From Balanoglossus misakiensis (lineage: Eukaryota > Animalia > Hemichordata), in NCBI GenBank assembly GCA_040954595.2, contig CM082586.2:463123-527122 (forward strand): a stretch of 64,000 bases of DNA. Reading direction: 5' to 3'. The position numbers and the translations under genes are program-made. Positions 37,557-49,300 of this stretch are shown here, in pieces. How positions within the stretch are numbered: the first letter of the stretch is position 1; every line of letters starts with the position of its first letter. Below the pieces are notes generated by a model, which made no database searches, had not been told where the DNA came from, and worked only from the letters and a program-made list of their open reading frames with translations.

Positions 37557-38544
37557 TAGTCTCGGTTACCCAGACGCCTTTGCTTCTTCCGATGCTCTCC
37601 AGAAAAGGGTCTGGGGAAATGCTATTGAAAGCTTTGCCTCTCAAGAGGGCGCCCTCAATGACCTTTGGCTTTTCAGAGACGCGGTCAAGAGGTCTCTCCA
37701 AATCCGTTTCGTTCAACCAATGAGAGCGCTGAAGTGGCGTTCGATTTAGGGGAAGGTAACTGATTCGTCAATGGCGTTCCACCGGAAGTATCACCATGGT
37801 TGCCTACTTACTTCACGATTTCATTTTTATAGATCGATCGCCAAAAATTGAGATAATCGGAATTATTTTACACGTAATCATAATTTACGAGTACAAGTGT
37901 CGTTTGTTGTTCTGAACGTCTGTTCTACACGTATGCCACGTCACGTGACAAGGACGTTACGCGTACTGATCGAACGTGCACGCGATCCATGCACGCGATG
38001 GAACTTCTGTCTGGCATATTAGCCAATCATATGAAGCAACATCTTGCATGGTACTAGCCAATCACAGCACGAGCTCAAACGGATTTGGAGAGACGTCTTG
38101 CACCGCGTCTCTGAAAAGCCAAAGGTCATTGACGGCGCCCTCTGGAAAGGCAAATTGAAAGCTTTGTAAAACAAAATGGCCGATGTCAGGATTTTGATCA
38201 TCGCCTGATTGGCTGAGCTGTCAGTATGACCCGGGTCATTGCAATAGTTTCGACAATCGTCTACCAAAGATATTTCATATAATTTCTCCAACAATGCTAA
38301 CAGAGGACGCCTTTTGCCTTTCGCATCAACCAACAAGTACCGGTCTCTTGATATGAAGATACGACAAATAATCACACATTGTCGAGAGTCAGTGACCCGG
38401 GTCATACTGACAGCTCAGCCAATCAGGCGATGATCAAAATCCTGACATCGGCCATTTTGTTTTACAAAGCTTTCAATAGCATTTCCCCAGACCCTTTTCT
38501 GGAGAGCATCGGAAGAAGCAAAGGCGTCTGGGTAACCGAGACTA
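37557..38544. mobile_element. Non-autonomous TIR element (AcademH-like) with TAG...CTA termini and 9-bp TSD GAGTCTGAA
   Basis: TSD at 37548-37556 and 38545-38553. The ~152-bp TIRs (37557-37633 plus 38164-38238 versus 38393-38544) match once the inner insertion is removed. Confidence 0.85.
37634..38153. mobile_element. Second MITE nested inside the left TIR of the previous element; ~76-bp imperfect TIRs, TSD ATTGAAAGCT
   Basis: ttgcctctcaagagggcgccctcaatgacctttggcttttcagagacgcgg... pairs with ...ccgcgtctctgaaaagccaaaggtcattgacggcgccctctggaaaggcaa. Flanking duplication at 37624-37633 and 38154-38163 (8 bp if the termini are read as TTTGCC/GGCAAA). Confidence 0.8.
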
Positions 38545-39194
38545 GAGTCTGAAGGACTATATACATGTCAAGGCCGAACAGGCCATAATAAAATGGAAAT
38601 TCGTTTCCAAAGGCTGATTGAGGGCTTTCTGACTTCTACCCACATTTACAAGGCTTAAACTTTGCATAAACTTGATACAATGCATAGAAAATGGTCTCAT
38701 TCGTTAGTATTGTGTGCAAAGTACTGTCACCCTGTGTTTTTGCTTTCCATTGTTCGGTGAACATATTCAAAAAGAGACAGAATCTCACTCCTTTGAACAA
38801 TCTTTAATGAACAAATAAAGGCAACTCTTTTCCATCAAAATAATCTTTTCCAATGTACAGTGGTGGTCTTCTGGCACAAATCTCAAACTTGTGCATCGAT
38901 CCTCAAAAAAGCTTCGAGGAAACACTACAAGTACATCATCACTGATTTAAATGATTATACTGGGCCTGTGGAAATAGAAGTAAAGATTGTATTTTGACCG
39001 AGTTATCAAGTTGTTACTTCACAATTCATCTCAGTCTTCTTTGCCTTGATGACCAGTCCCAGTAGACGTTGATTCCGATATCTCCGACATAATGACGTCT
39101 CACTGGATAAACTCTATTCTTGTAATAATGACTCAACAAGACTGAGACATCATGTTCATTTAGTCAATATCTGCTGAGATGATCGATCGAAAAC

Positions 39195-40766
39195 CTAGCC
39201 GAACATGTCATCATATCCAGGTGGTGGAAGATGATCTGGATCAGGTCCGGATCGGAAAGCAGAATCTGGTCCTGTTCCCGGTGGTCCAAACGGATCAAAT
39301 CTGGCACCAGGTGGAACTGCTCCTCTGCAAGAATGAGACAGAAATGTACATGAAAAAAACACTGTTTTGCAATATCTATCATAAGATACCAAATACATTC
39401 TAACTTCAGAATGTATACATTCTCAAGAATCATGATGAAAAGGTTAACCTCTGACCCATGACCTCTTGACCTCATCACTTTCATCTGGAGTAGTTGTCAG
39501 GCAAGCACAACAGACAACACGCATTTCCAGGAAAAAGACTAATGCACATGCCATCATAGCAAATCCTTGAGGGGAAATTGTTCACTGGAATTTAATGTAC
39601 GTTGGTTCCGTTGCATGTCTTTGAATGTCAGGAGTTTATCAGACAACCATAAATTATTCTATATTTCAAAAGCTTCATTTGTTTATTTCATATTTATTTA
39701 TTATTTAATTGTTAATTAATATCCCAAGTCAAATGTCTACCAAGCTGAGAGTCACCACGGCTTCAAAATTAAACATGTTTTTATTTTATTTTGCTCAAAT
39801 TTACAATTGGAATGATACAGTGTATCTGGTTACAGTTTTCATTTCCTGATTATGTGAAATTAATACGACCATATACATCATGCTTTTGAGTAGATTTTTA
39901 AATAAACAGGGAAGCGGAATTTTAAAAAATCAGTTGACAGCTGTTGACATATTTAATTTCAACAATCTAGAGCTTAAAGTCCGCAACATCCAATTTTACT
40001 TGAATCTCTAAGACAGAGTACATGTAACAGTCCAAAGAGTGTAGATTTCATTGCCTATTCTCTTTAGCATTTCCAATAAATTTCCTTTGAAAAAAAAACC
40101 TGCATCCCATCAATGGCTTATCAGGATCATTACATGGCTTCACCTGAACCTAGCAATTTCCAACTACACTGTATAGGGTTTCAGTTGATTATCAGTTAAC
40201 CAGTTGTCTCCAGCAAATCTCATCTCATCTGTAGAGTAATCGCATGAATACAGCTGAATCGAACTCCTTGTGCCTAAGAATTTACAATTAGACAATTTGT
40301 AAAATTTACAAATTATATGAACAAGTTCTCTACAGTGTGCTTGAGTTTATTGATCTACATTCCATGATTTGAAGTGCAGTTTTATTGAACCTGCAGTTTC
40401 CAGGTGTGGTTCTGTAACAAAAGTATTAGTACTTAACACCACTAGAGGGCGCCAGATACAGCATGACACTCAGCACAGCTGGCAGTCAATCATGCCTATG
40501 ATTATGTATATAATAATGAAAGGAGTACCATTTCCCCTACCTTGGTAGCCTTCCGGGCAAGCCGGCACTTGGGTCTGGAATTCCACCATGTGGAAAGCCA
40601 CTGGATCCTGGACCCATCAGCATTCCTCCACCAGCATGGAATGGGTCCAAGTCACCTCTTCCAACATCAAATGGATTGCTTGGTTCACCCCTAAGATTCA
40701 AGGAAGACAAGATACATGAGACTACATAATAAATGTTTAAACATAACCATTCTCATATTCACTACC

Positions 40767-40800
<34 letters not shown>

Positions 40801-41854
40801 TCATCAGTATTTGAAGGCAATATAAACACTGGTACCATTCAGGTTGTCTTGTCGCATGTGGCCGTCTTGGAGGACCAATTCTTAGAGGATCATCAACATC
40901 ATGTCGCGGCCTCCTCTCTTGTGTGTTGCTAGGTAACCTCTCATCTCTAAGAGTTGATGATGCTGTTGTTGTCTTCTCTTTTGTATTGAGTTCATTGATG
41001 ACTTCTGTCTTGAATTTATCGTAGAGTTCTTCTAAATTCTTGTATGCACTTTATAAAACAAAGGAACAGTTTTGAGATGGGTGGTGTGAATTTGACAGGT
41101 CCTGAGCAAAAACACTGCTGGGCATGTGATTTCACTTTAGGAATATCACATGTTTACTCTTACTGCAATATATTTACTCACCTGTCAAAGTTTCCAAGTT
41201 GTCCTGTGTTGATGTATTTATCAACCTCAATACTTAAGTTACACACCTTTTCATCTTTCAGCCTCTGTGAAAAATTGACACAGTTGTTACATCCAAGCTT
41301 CAACAAATGCAAACAAAACTTTTTTTTCAAGAGAAAACTCAGGAATATGAAACTGAAAAGTAACACAGCCTTTCCAAGGTGTCTCTTACCATGATATGAA
41401 CTAACAGACTCTCATCCAATGGTATGGCTTTCAAGAGATGTGTTTCATCACTATCACTGGGCTGATATCTCAGAGCATAGCAATCTTGAGATGAATTCCA
41501 TCCCCGTGGCAACAATTCACTTTTCTTGACACCGGTCTCACTTGAATGGCCCTTGAGAAATGGGACAGGGACAGACTTTATGAAAACCAAAATCACAGAA
41601 CATGCCAATAATGAGTTTCAAATCTTTACTTTCTCAGTATCTAGTGGGTTGTCAACCCGGAAGTAACTTGGACTGTTTTGAAATGTTTTCTGAATGATGT
41701 ATGGGAAAGAAAAACAACTGCTTACCTCCTCACCGCATCCTATGCATTTGAATCCATTGTGTACCATGCACCAATGTAAATAACACACGATCGCATCGTT
41801 TCCACTCGAAATTTGGGTTGAAACACTGGCGTACAGAAGCTCAAGTCCAGCCAT
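39195..41854 (-). CDS. PSMF1: Proteasome inhibitor PI31, 6 coding exons
   Basis: Spliced translation MAGLELLYAS...DAIVCYLHW...SELLPRGWN...YALRY...DDPLRIGPP...VGRGDLDPF...GAVPPGARFDPFGP...GPDPDHLPPPGYDDMFG*. Confidence 0.95.
40439..40454 (+). promoter_or_regulatory. CTCF consensus-like site CCACTAGAGGGCGCCA
   Basis: Close match to the CTCF core motif, in the last PSMF1 intron. Confidence 0.5.
40762..40805. repeat. Compound (CAC)n(CAT)n microsatellite (intronic)
   Basis: Directly visible in the sequence. Confidence 0.9.
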
Positions 41855-42230
41855 GTTTACAAATACAAACCTACCTGTGTTGACATGACATTTGTATATA
41901 TCAAATTCGTCAAGAATATCATTCAAGCAATTAAAATATCAAGTTTACATCACATAAATTTCTATTATGAAGATTTTATATGGGGAAACGATTATACTTT
42001 TGTAAAACGGGCAAAACGATTAATTATTTTTCGAATATCTCAACTTGGAATATAACAACGCAATGAATCGCGGGAATTTGTAAAGGTCACGTGACCTGTC
42101 ATGGCGTTACACCTCGTCGTTTCCAGAAAACGGTGGTAATATTGGAGTGTTTTGGTCGGGATCGGTGATCTGCAATCATTTCAAGGGATCGCAATCGGAG
42201 ATCGCAAGTCTAAAGATCAGTTCTGAGGTA
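41855..42230. promoter_or_regulatory. Bidirectional promoter region of PSMF1 and the DIDO1-like gene, with a non-coding first exon (donor ~42227)
   Basis: Head-to-head arrangement; CpG-rich; palindromic ggtcacgtgacc at 42085-42096; donor-like ctgag|gtactt. Confidence 0.5.
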
Positions 42231-43373
42231 CTTGTCCTGAATTTCGCTTCTGTTTTTCTGCCTAATGGCTAGTTGATCATACTCCTTTTGATCAGTGTGT
42301 GGGCAACGTTGCACGTTTCTGAGCGCATGTACTTGTAAACAAATTTATGAAGGGGATTTTACGGGCGATTCTTTCACGTACGAAAAGCTGTTCGGATCTT
42401 GATTGCCCGTAGATTTAATTTGTACACATTTTAATACTTTAGTTAACTGTTTACCGTTTGATCCAAGTCCATAAATGGTTTGTTTTGTAAAGTTTACACC
42501 ACAGTGACTGCGACGAGGATACCCTTGTAAATTATGCAATTCGGGAAACTCAGCCTCAAAAACGCACGCTAGCGACGCACAACACGTGGTGTGTTTACGT
42601 GCTTCAGAGATGGTCATGAGCAGACATATTTTGTTGTTTAAATCGGAAGATTTGACAGACGATCGTTAAATTGATCGCAAGTTTCATCTTGTTTGGACGT
42701 CGTGCCACCGACGCAATGTCAAAGGTCATGAAATCATGGTGAAATGAACAAATGCATACGAATCGAGATTGGGGAGCCTGGATATGGGTATTTTACTCTA
42801 GTTTAAAGACCTTACTTTAAGATATAGCTCAATGCAGTTCTTAGTATCAGCTGAATGCCTCTATTGGTCTCTGACATGACAAGAATCACACACCAGCTGA
42901 GCTATGTAAAGCTATATGTAGATTTCAAAAATAGGTTAACTAAGGTCAACACCTGGTTATTGATGACACAGATGTTTCCCAGCTTTCCTCGAGCAAATTC
43001 GGTAACACCTTATCCACACAACACAATTCAAACTATCTTTCTGATATGTTGGTATTCCACACAATATAGTTCTTATATCATTTCAACCAGATTTGGCTTT
43101 GCTGAATATAATTCTGTTTACATTGCCAATCATTCACCCCTAACAGTCATGCATGCACTCAACCATCAGCATGTGCTTTATGTTTTGTGTAGCTGCTAGC
43201 CCCTTAACAAATTGTTTTGGTTTCTTTTTGTTTTGTTTGCCTCTTTTGCTGACCATCACGCCCTTGTAGGTCAGGTGAGGTTAAAGGCAGAAAAAAAGAG
43301 GTCAACTGAGATTAGGTCATCAGCAAGAAGAAATGGAAAGAATATTCTGATACAATCAAGTCTGGCAACTAGA

Positions 43374-46300
43374 ATGACTGGTGAAGGAATAGATGATGAG
43401 TTCAGGTTATTGTACAAGCTTCATTTTCTATATTTTGGTGTGTGCTTTTCTTTTCTTTCTTTTTGTTTGCATTATTTCTTTAACCCTTTCACCCCAGTTC
43501 CCTCTTAGAGTGTATAGAGGTCCAACCTTTGCATAGAAAACAATGAAAGGGTTAAAACTTTTCCTGCTAGCACGTAGAGTTATGAGGAATCTTAGCTTTT
43601 ACTAGTTACTAGTACCTGTGTCTCTGCACTCCATATTCGATCACGCCAGACTCATCATATGCTCATTTATATTTTTCAACTGCAAAAGAGTAGAGTACCA
43701 AGATGTAAAGTCATGTAGAGGTCATAAAATGAATATTTAGCACCCATAGACATATGATCTGATTTCTATGAAACAGGTATGCTTTCCTGAAGATGTCAGG
43801 CGGGCTTCATGAAGGTGGTATCCATGGTGATGCCGTATCCATAGCAACAAGTGGGGTTAGTGGCATCATCAGCTCATCACCGAGTGTTGTGGTCCAGAGA
43901 GTAGATTCGGACATTCCCACTTGGAGTTTGACAGCAGCAGACACTCTGGATGAGGTAAGTCAACCTTAAAAATTAAATTTACAACAACAACAACAAATTG
44001 TCGAAAGAGGACAGTGTTTCACTGTGCATTCCATGACTATTATTTTAAATAATATAAAAAATCATTTACCTTTGAAAAGTTGGACATTTGTTAAAAGTAA
44101 CTGAATATTTTGTTCATGTAATTTTCTCCCTCACAGGCAAAAGACAGCCATCCATATATGGACATCTCGACAGAGAGCTTTTTGGCTGATGATCCATTGA
44201 AACAAATCGAAGTACTCAACTCAGATCAGTCCAAGCCCTTTGATAATAATGATCCAATTCAAAACATGCTGACTGATGACAATCCAATGTTGAGTGGGGG
44301 CTCTCTGAATGAAAGTGCTAATGATTTTTTGTTGGACAATGAACTCCCTTTGGTGAGGAGTGTCTTTGATAGCTCTGGAACGAGCCTTAGCACGAATAAT
44401 CCGTTTGTGGATGAATCGGGAAGCCTTCTCCACGAGGGAAGTCTGGATAATGTGATGAAGGATCATAATTATGTTAATTTTAGTGATGAGATGGGTATGA
44501 AGACGGAGCGTGACTCTGGCCGCAGCGGCACAAGGGTAGCAACTCGCAGTATGAATCAAAGGCGTAATGTCAGGGGTCAAGGGTCAGAGGTTGTCAAACG
44601 GGAACTGAGAAGCAGTGGTAGGAATCAAAAAGAGAGTGCCACCACACCTACCAGATCAACGGGCAAATCACCAAACAGTCGAGACAACCAGCCTTCAAAG
44701 AGAGCAAGTCGCGGAGAGAAAGCGAGTCAGTCAGGAAGTGAAACGGAGACCAGGCGGACATTGAGAAGTTATGGTAGAGTGAAAACAGATGATAAAACCG
44801 TTTCTAAGGCGAGGCCGTCTGAAGACTCAGAAGAAGAGGTGGAAGGAAAGTCTTTGAAGAAAATTCAGGAGGAAATTCGGAAACACAAGACAAAGAAGGG
44901 TAGCGATGTTGAAGAGAAGCATAAAGAAGAGATAAGGCATCAAAAAGTTCGGAGGAGCAGTTCGAGTGAGAAACATCTTAAAGAAGAGTTTTCTCCCAGA
45001 GAGAGGCGATACAGTGAAGGGGAGAAACACAGGCTGGAGAGACAACATAGTCATGGAAATAAACCAGACCAGAACAAAGAACATGAAACTCATAGAACAC
45101 AGCATGTTAAACATAGAGAACATGACAGACATGAAGAACATACGAAACATGATCCTCATAAACCAAAAGAGCATAACGAACATGGTAGAAGAAGGTTGTC
45201 ATCAATGTCGGATGAGCCCATTTTGTTCACCCCAGACGTGGTCATGAAATCTCTGAAAGACCCCCACGTTGATGATAAAGACACAAAACATGAGACAGTT
45301 AAAAGGGTTGGGGAAAGGAGTAAATCGGAGGTGAGACAGGATTCTGTGAAACTTGATGGTCATACTCATGATGGTAAACCTCAAGATTCAAAACATGATG
45401 ATGACTCGAAAGATGCAAAGCATGATGTCCACGACAGAGATCAAAAACACGATGTAAACCCCAGTGATTCAAAACATGACAGCAGCTCAAAAGACTCGAA
45501 GCATGACACTGAAGATCAAGAAAGTCCTCAAGACGAAGATGCCAACAAGAAGGATGCTGTGAAAGAAAAAAGCAGAGAGACAAAAGGTAGGGCACCAAGG
45601 CAACATTAAAATTCTCTACAAAAATCCAAGAAAAAAAATCAATAAAATACTACAAAAGTAATTCATCTATTTTATAGTTCTGTGCTCAGAAAAAGAGTTG
45701 AAATTGGCATGAATAACATGAAAATGAGGATACATTGGGAAATATTTTATTTGTGGACCGTTCCATTGCTGAAATGCATGCTGGGAGCAACAGGTGCTGA
45801 TTGCCATGTTCATAATATTCAAATGAGGAGGTCAAAGTACCACAGATGTGCATATTATGGGCTGTGTGCATAATGAGGTAGCAGTTTCAGTGTGTGCGTG
45901 TTGGGGTTCTGTGTGCTGTCAATCATGCTTTATTTGCAGTGGTACTGCGAGGTAGGTCAAACACAATTAAGAACCCATCTATATTGTGCCTCCGTGTATC
46001 TCTCTCTCCTATTTTATGAGGCACTTTGTTGTTTTTGATGGCGTTTCTGCAATGTACAAGCTGAAAAAATACCATGTTGTGGATTTCAACCATTAGGATA
46101 AAATGATAATTTCCACAATAACCAATGTGATAAAATTCTATTTTAAAACAATAACAGTCTCTTCTATCCAAACCATCAAATAAGCAATTACTGCATGATT
46201 TTAACAGCTGATTAATTTATTCTCAGAGTTGTTAATTGCCATTTTAATTGATTGAAAAATATCCAGCTGTAGTTTTCATGTGTATTTCTTAATTTTTGTC

Positions 46301-49300
46301 TCATCAATAAATTTAGCAAAAAGATCTACACTAAATTTGACAAAATTGTTGCAAAACAGTCTTGAAATGCATTTCGGAATTAAAGTAAATTTTAATACTA
46401 GGAACCAAAGCAGTGCATAAATGTGCCCATTGTTTAAATAGAAATTACGTATTAATAAAAAGGTTAAATGCAAGATATGTCTATAGAGAATGCCGGGAAC
46501 AGGTTGATATAAAACGTTTGGGTCAAACTGGGATATTGCAGCAGTTCCTTGAAATATGATACATCTTTTGTGCTAGATCTGTGGTGTTCTCAGAAACATG
46601 ATTTATTGAATGACCCAGGATTTCTCTCTAGCTTTTTGGCTCATATTCCCTTGTTGACATGTTGGCATCCTCTAGCAATTTGACAATGGGGGTGAAAGGG
46701 TTAAAGAAATGTCAAGCATCTGAAATCTGCAAGTTGCATGTTTGGGTTCAGCCTCCCAAGAACTGCCGAGACTTACAAAAACATTGTGTATTTTTTGTGG
46801 TTGTCTCATAGATTCACAAGACGATGATGTAGACAGTGAAATATCATTAACGTACTCTGATGATGAGAACGATAGCGATTGGTGCAGTGAAGATGATCCT
46901 GACAGACTTTGGTGTATCTGTAGACAACCACATGATAACAGGTAACTTTATATCAGCAATTTCATTTTCTGCACTGTATGCTTTGTTAGATTGTTGTTAG
47001 ATTTATGCAGATTATGGGGTCAGAGGTCATCTCAAAGATATTGAAGTCTTCAGAGAATGTTCATGTCAGTTTGTGACGTGAAATCCTGTTAGACACATTT
47101 ATTTTGTTGATTTTCAGCCATTCCATAAATAAAAGGAAATAACCGTGTGGTGATAAAAATTGAAGCATTGTCTCTTTTTGTCTGGAAAGTCATTTGATCG
47201 AAGAAGAAAATGGTGGAATTGCCCCCTGCATTTTTAATGTCTCACACATATGGTCAGCCATAAATAGATTTTGGTTTCAGGTAATATAACAGGATTATTT
47301 GAAACCTGTGACGTACATGTAATCAACCCACAACTGTCTGATGATTTTTTTCATTTTAACTGCATGACCAGTCAAGTTTGAGAGAATTAAAGAAAATCTG
47401 ACCTATTTTTAGTGTTGGAAATGTTGGTGAAATCATTGAACTGTGTTCAGTAATAAATTTCACTGAAAATATGTGGGTACGTCGATTTTGTGTGTTTACA
47501 CGTGTCAGTACCCTGAGTTAAGAAATATGAACTCACAAAAACAGTGTTTATGTCTATCAGAAATTCCGCACCACAATATTTTACATTTAGCGTGTAGATG
47601 GCAAAATTTCAACATTAGGCTGTGGCATCACACAGTTTATTCCTGGGTCATCTCATATATTTTCTCTCTTTTCCCTTTACTGTCCCGACTTCATCCAATC
47701 TGTCAATCTTCTATCTCTCACCCTAGATCTAAAAACAGGTGAGTTTGTGTTGTCATGGTATCACCTTTCTGTTTTCAGAAAAATTGATGTGTTTAACAGT
47801 TGACATTGTGGTCCCAAACAAGGGTATTCAATCCTTGTAATGGGCAGTTTTATTTTACGGGCAAAATGTCAATTTTGTAAATAGAAAAGTGTTCCTTGCA
47901 TGTCACTTGAAAAAATGGACCAATGAACAAAGCTGTTATATCTCTCTCTACTGTAGGTTCATGATCTCATGTGACAAATGCTCTGAGTGGTACCACGGTC
48001 ATTGTGTTGGCGTCACTAAGAGACAAGGCAAAGAAATGGAGCGTACAGGGGATCGTTATGTTTGCCCTCCGTGTGTTGAGAAAGACAAAAAGGGGAAAGA
48101 TCCCCAACAGCCTGGTCATCATGATGAGGGCCAAACAAAGACAAGTGATGATGCAGTCAAGAAAAAGAAGATCAAGATCTTCAAAAAGGTGAGTTGGAAC
48201 AACTTTTCTTGTTTCAAATACTTGAAATGGTGTATATTGCCATCTCAGATTAGAAACAGAAAGCTGCAAGGAAAATTCTCTTGCACTAGAATATTACATG
48301 TCCATGTCCTTTCATTCTGCAGCCGGTTCCTAAGCAACACTGTATCGGGTCAAACTGTGAACACTGGGCCAAACCGAATACTGTCTACTGCAGTAATGAA
48401 TGCATTGCCAGACATGTCCGGGAATCTCTGAGGATTATTGAGAGAGACAGAGAAAAGACGCTGGGTGTCAAATCAAGACAAGAAAACAAGGTGTGTATAT
48501 CAAGGTGTGGAAGGTGGCTGCTGCTTGTATTAACGGTGAGGTTATCAGAATAAAATAACACAAAAAAGCATGAAATTTGTCTTTGTTCCTTCAAGAACTC
48601 CGAAATAATCTCTCGTTTCATATTGATGTTTTTAGAGTGGTAGTCAACCAGCCAACTTGAAACTGAAACGCAGCGACGCCGTGGCTGTTGTGGAGAGACA
48701 TACTGGGAAAGTGGTGGCAGGATTAACGGCACCAACTGTAGAGAATCTTTTATCTTGGATCACAAATCATTCTACATATGAAGTACTGAGGCCTGGAACA
48801 CAGCACAGCTATGACGTGTCTGCCGCTGCTGGTAAGAGTCTTTCATCAAATTTGAAATATCTTGAATTTAAACAGTGTCACTGAAAAGTCCAAAAGATGT
48901 TGAGCTATCAAACAAAACTGACTCCTTTCTTGTTTCTGTGAGCAGCCAGGGAAAAAGAACGAGAAAGAGAGAAAAAGGAGAAGAAAGAGAAGAAGGAACG
49001 AGAGGAGAGAGACCGGCGAGAGAGGGAGAGGGAAGATCAGGAAAGGAGAGATCGGGAGAAACGGGAAAGGGAGAAAAAGACGAGAGACAAGGAAAAACGG
49101 AGAGATAGGAAAGAGAAAGAATACGAGCATAGCAAATCCTCAATGGCATTAAAACAGGCACAGGACAGTCTTTCTGTCAGACAGAATGTCCGCAAAACGT
49201 TGAAAGATTTGCTGATTGAAAGGTAAGAAATGTTTTCATCTTATATACACTGATTATTGTTCCTATTGCATCTAATAGTATGTACATTATGTATGTATGT

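Noticed and set aside
44221-45598. Antisense and alternative-frame ORFs over DIDO1-like exons (also 48846-49161 and 52348-52878)
   Set aside because: Shadow ORFs of low-complexity charged coding sequence.
45678-45720. Possible short terminal or poison exon in a DIDO1-like intron (EKELKLA*)
   Set aside because: Only weak acceptor evidence; cannot be supported without transcripts.
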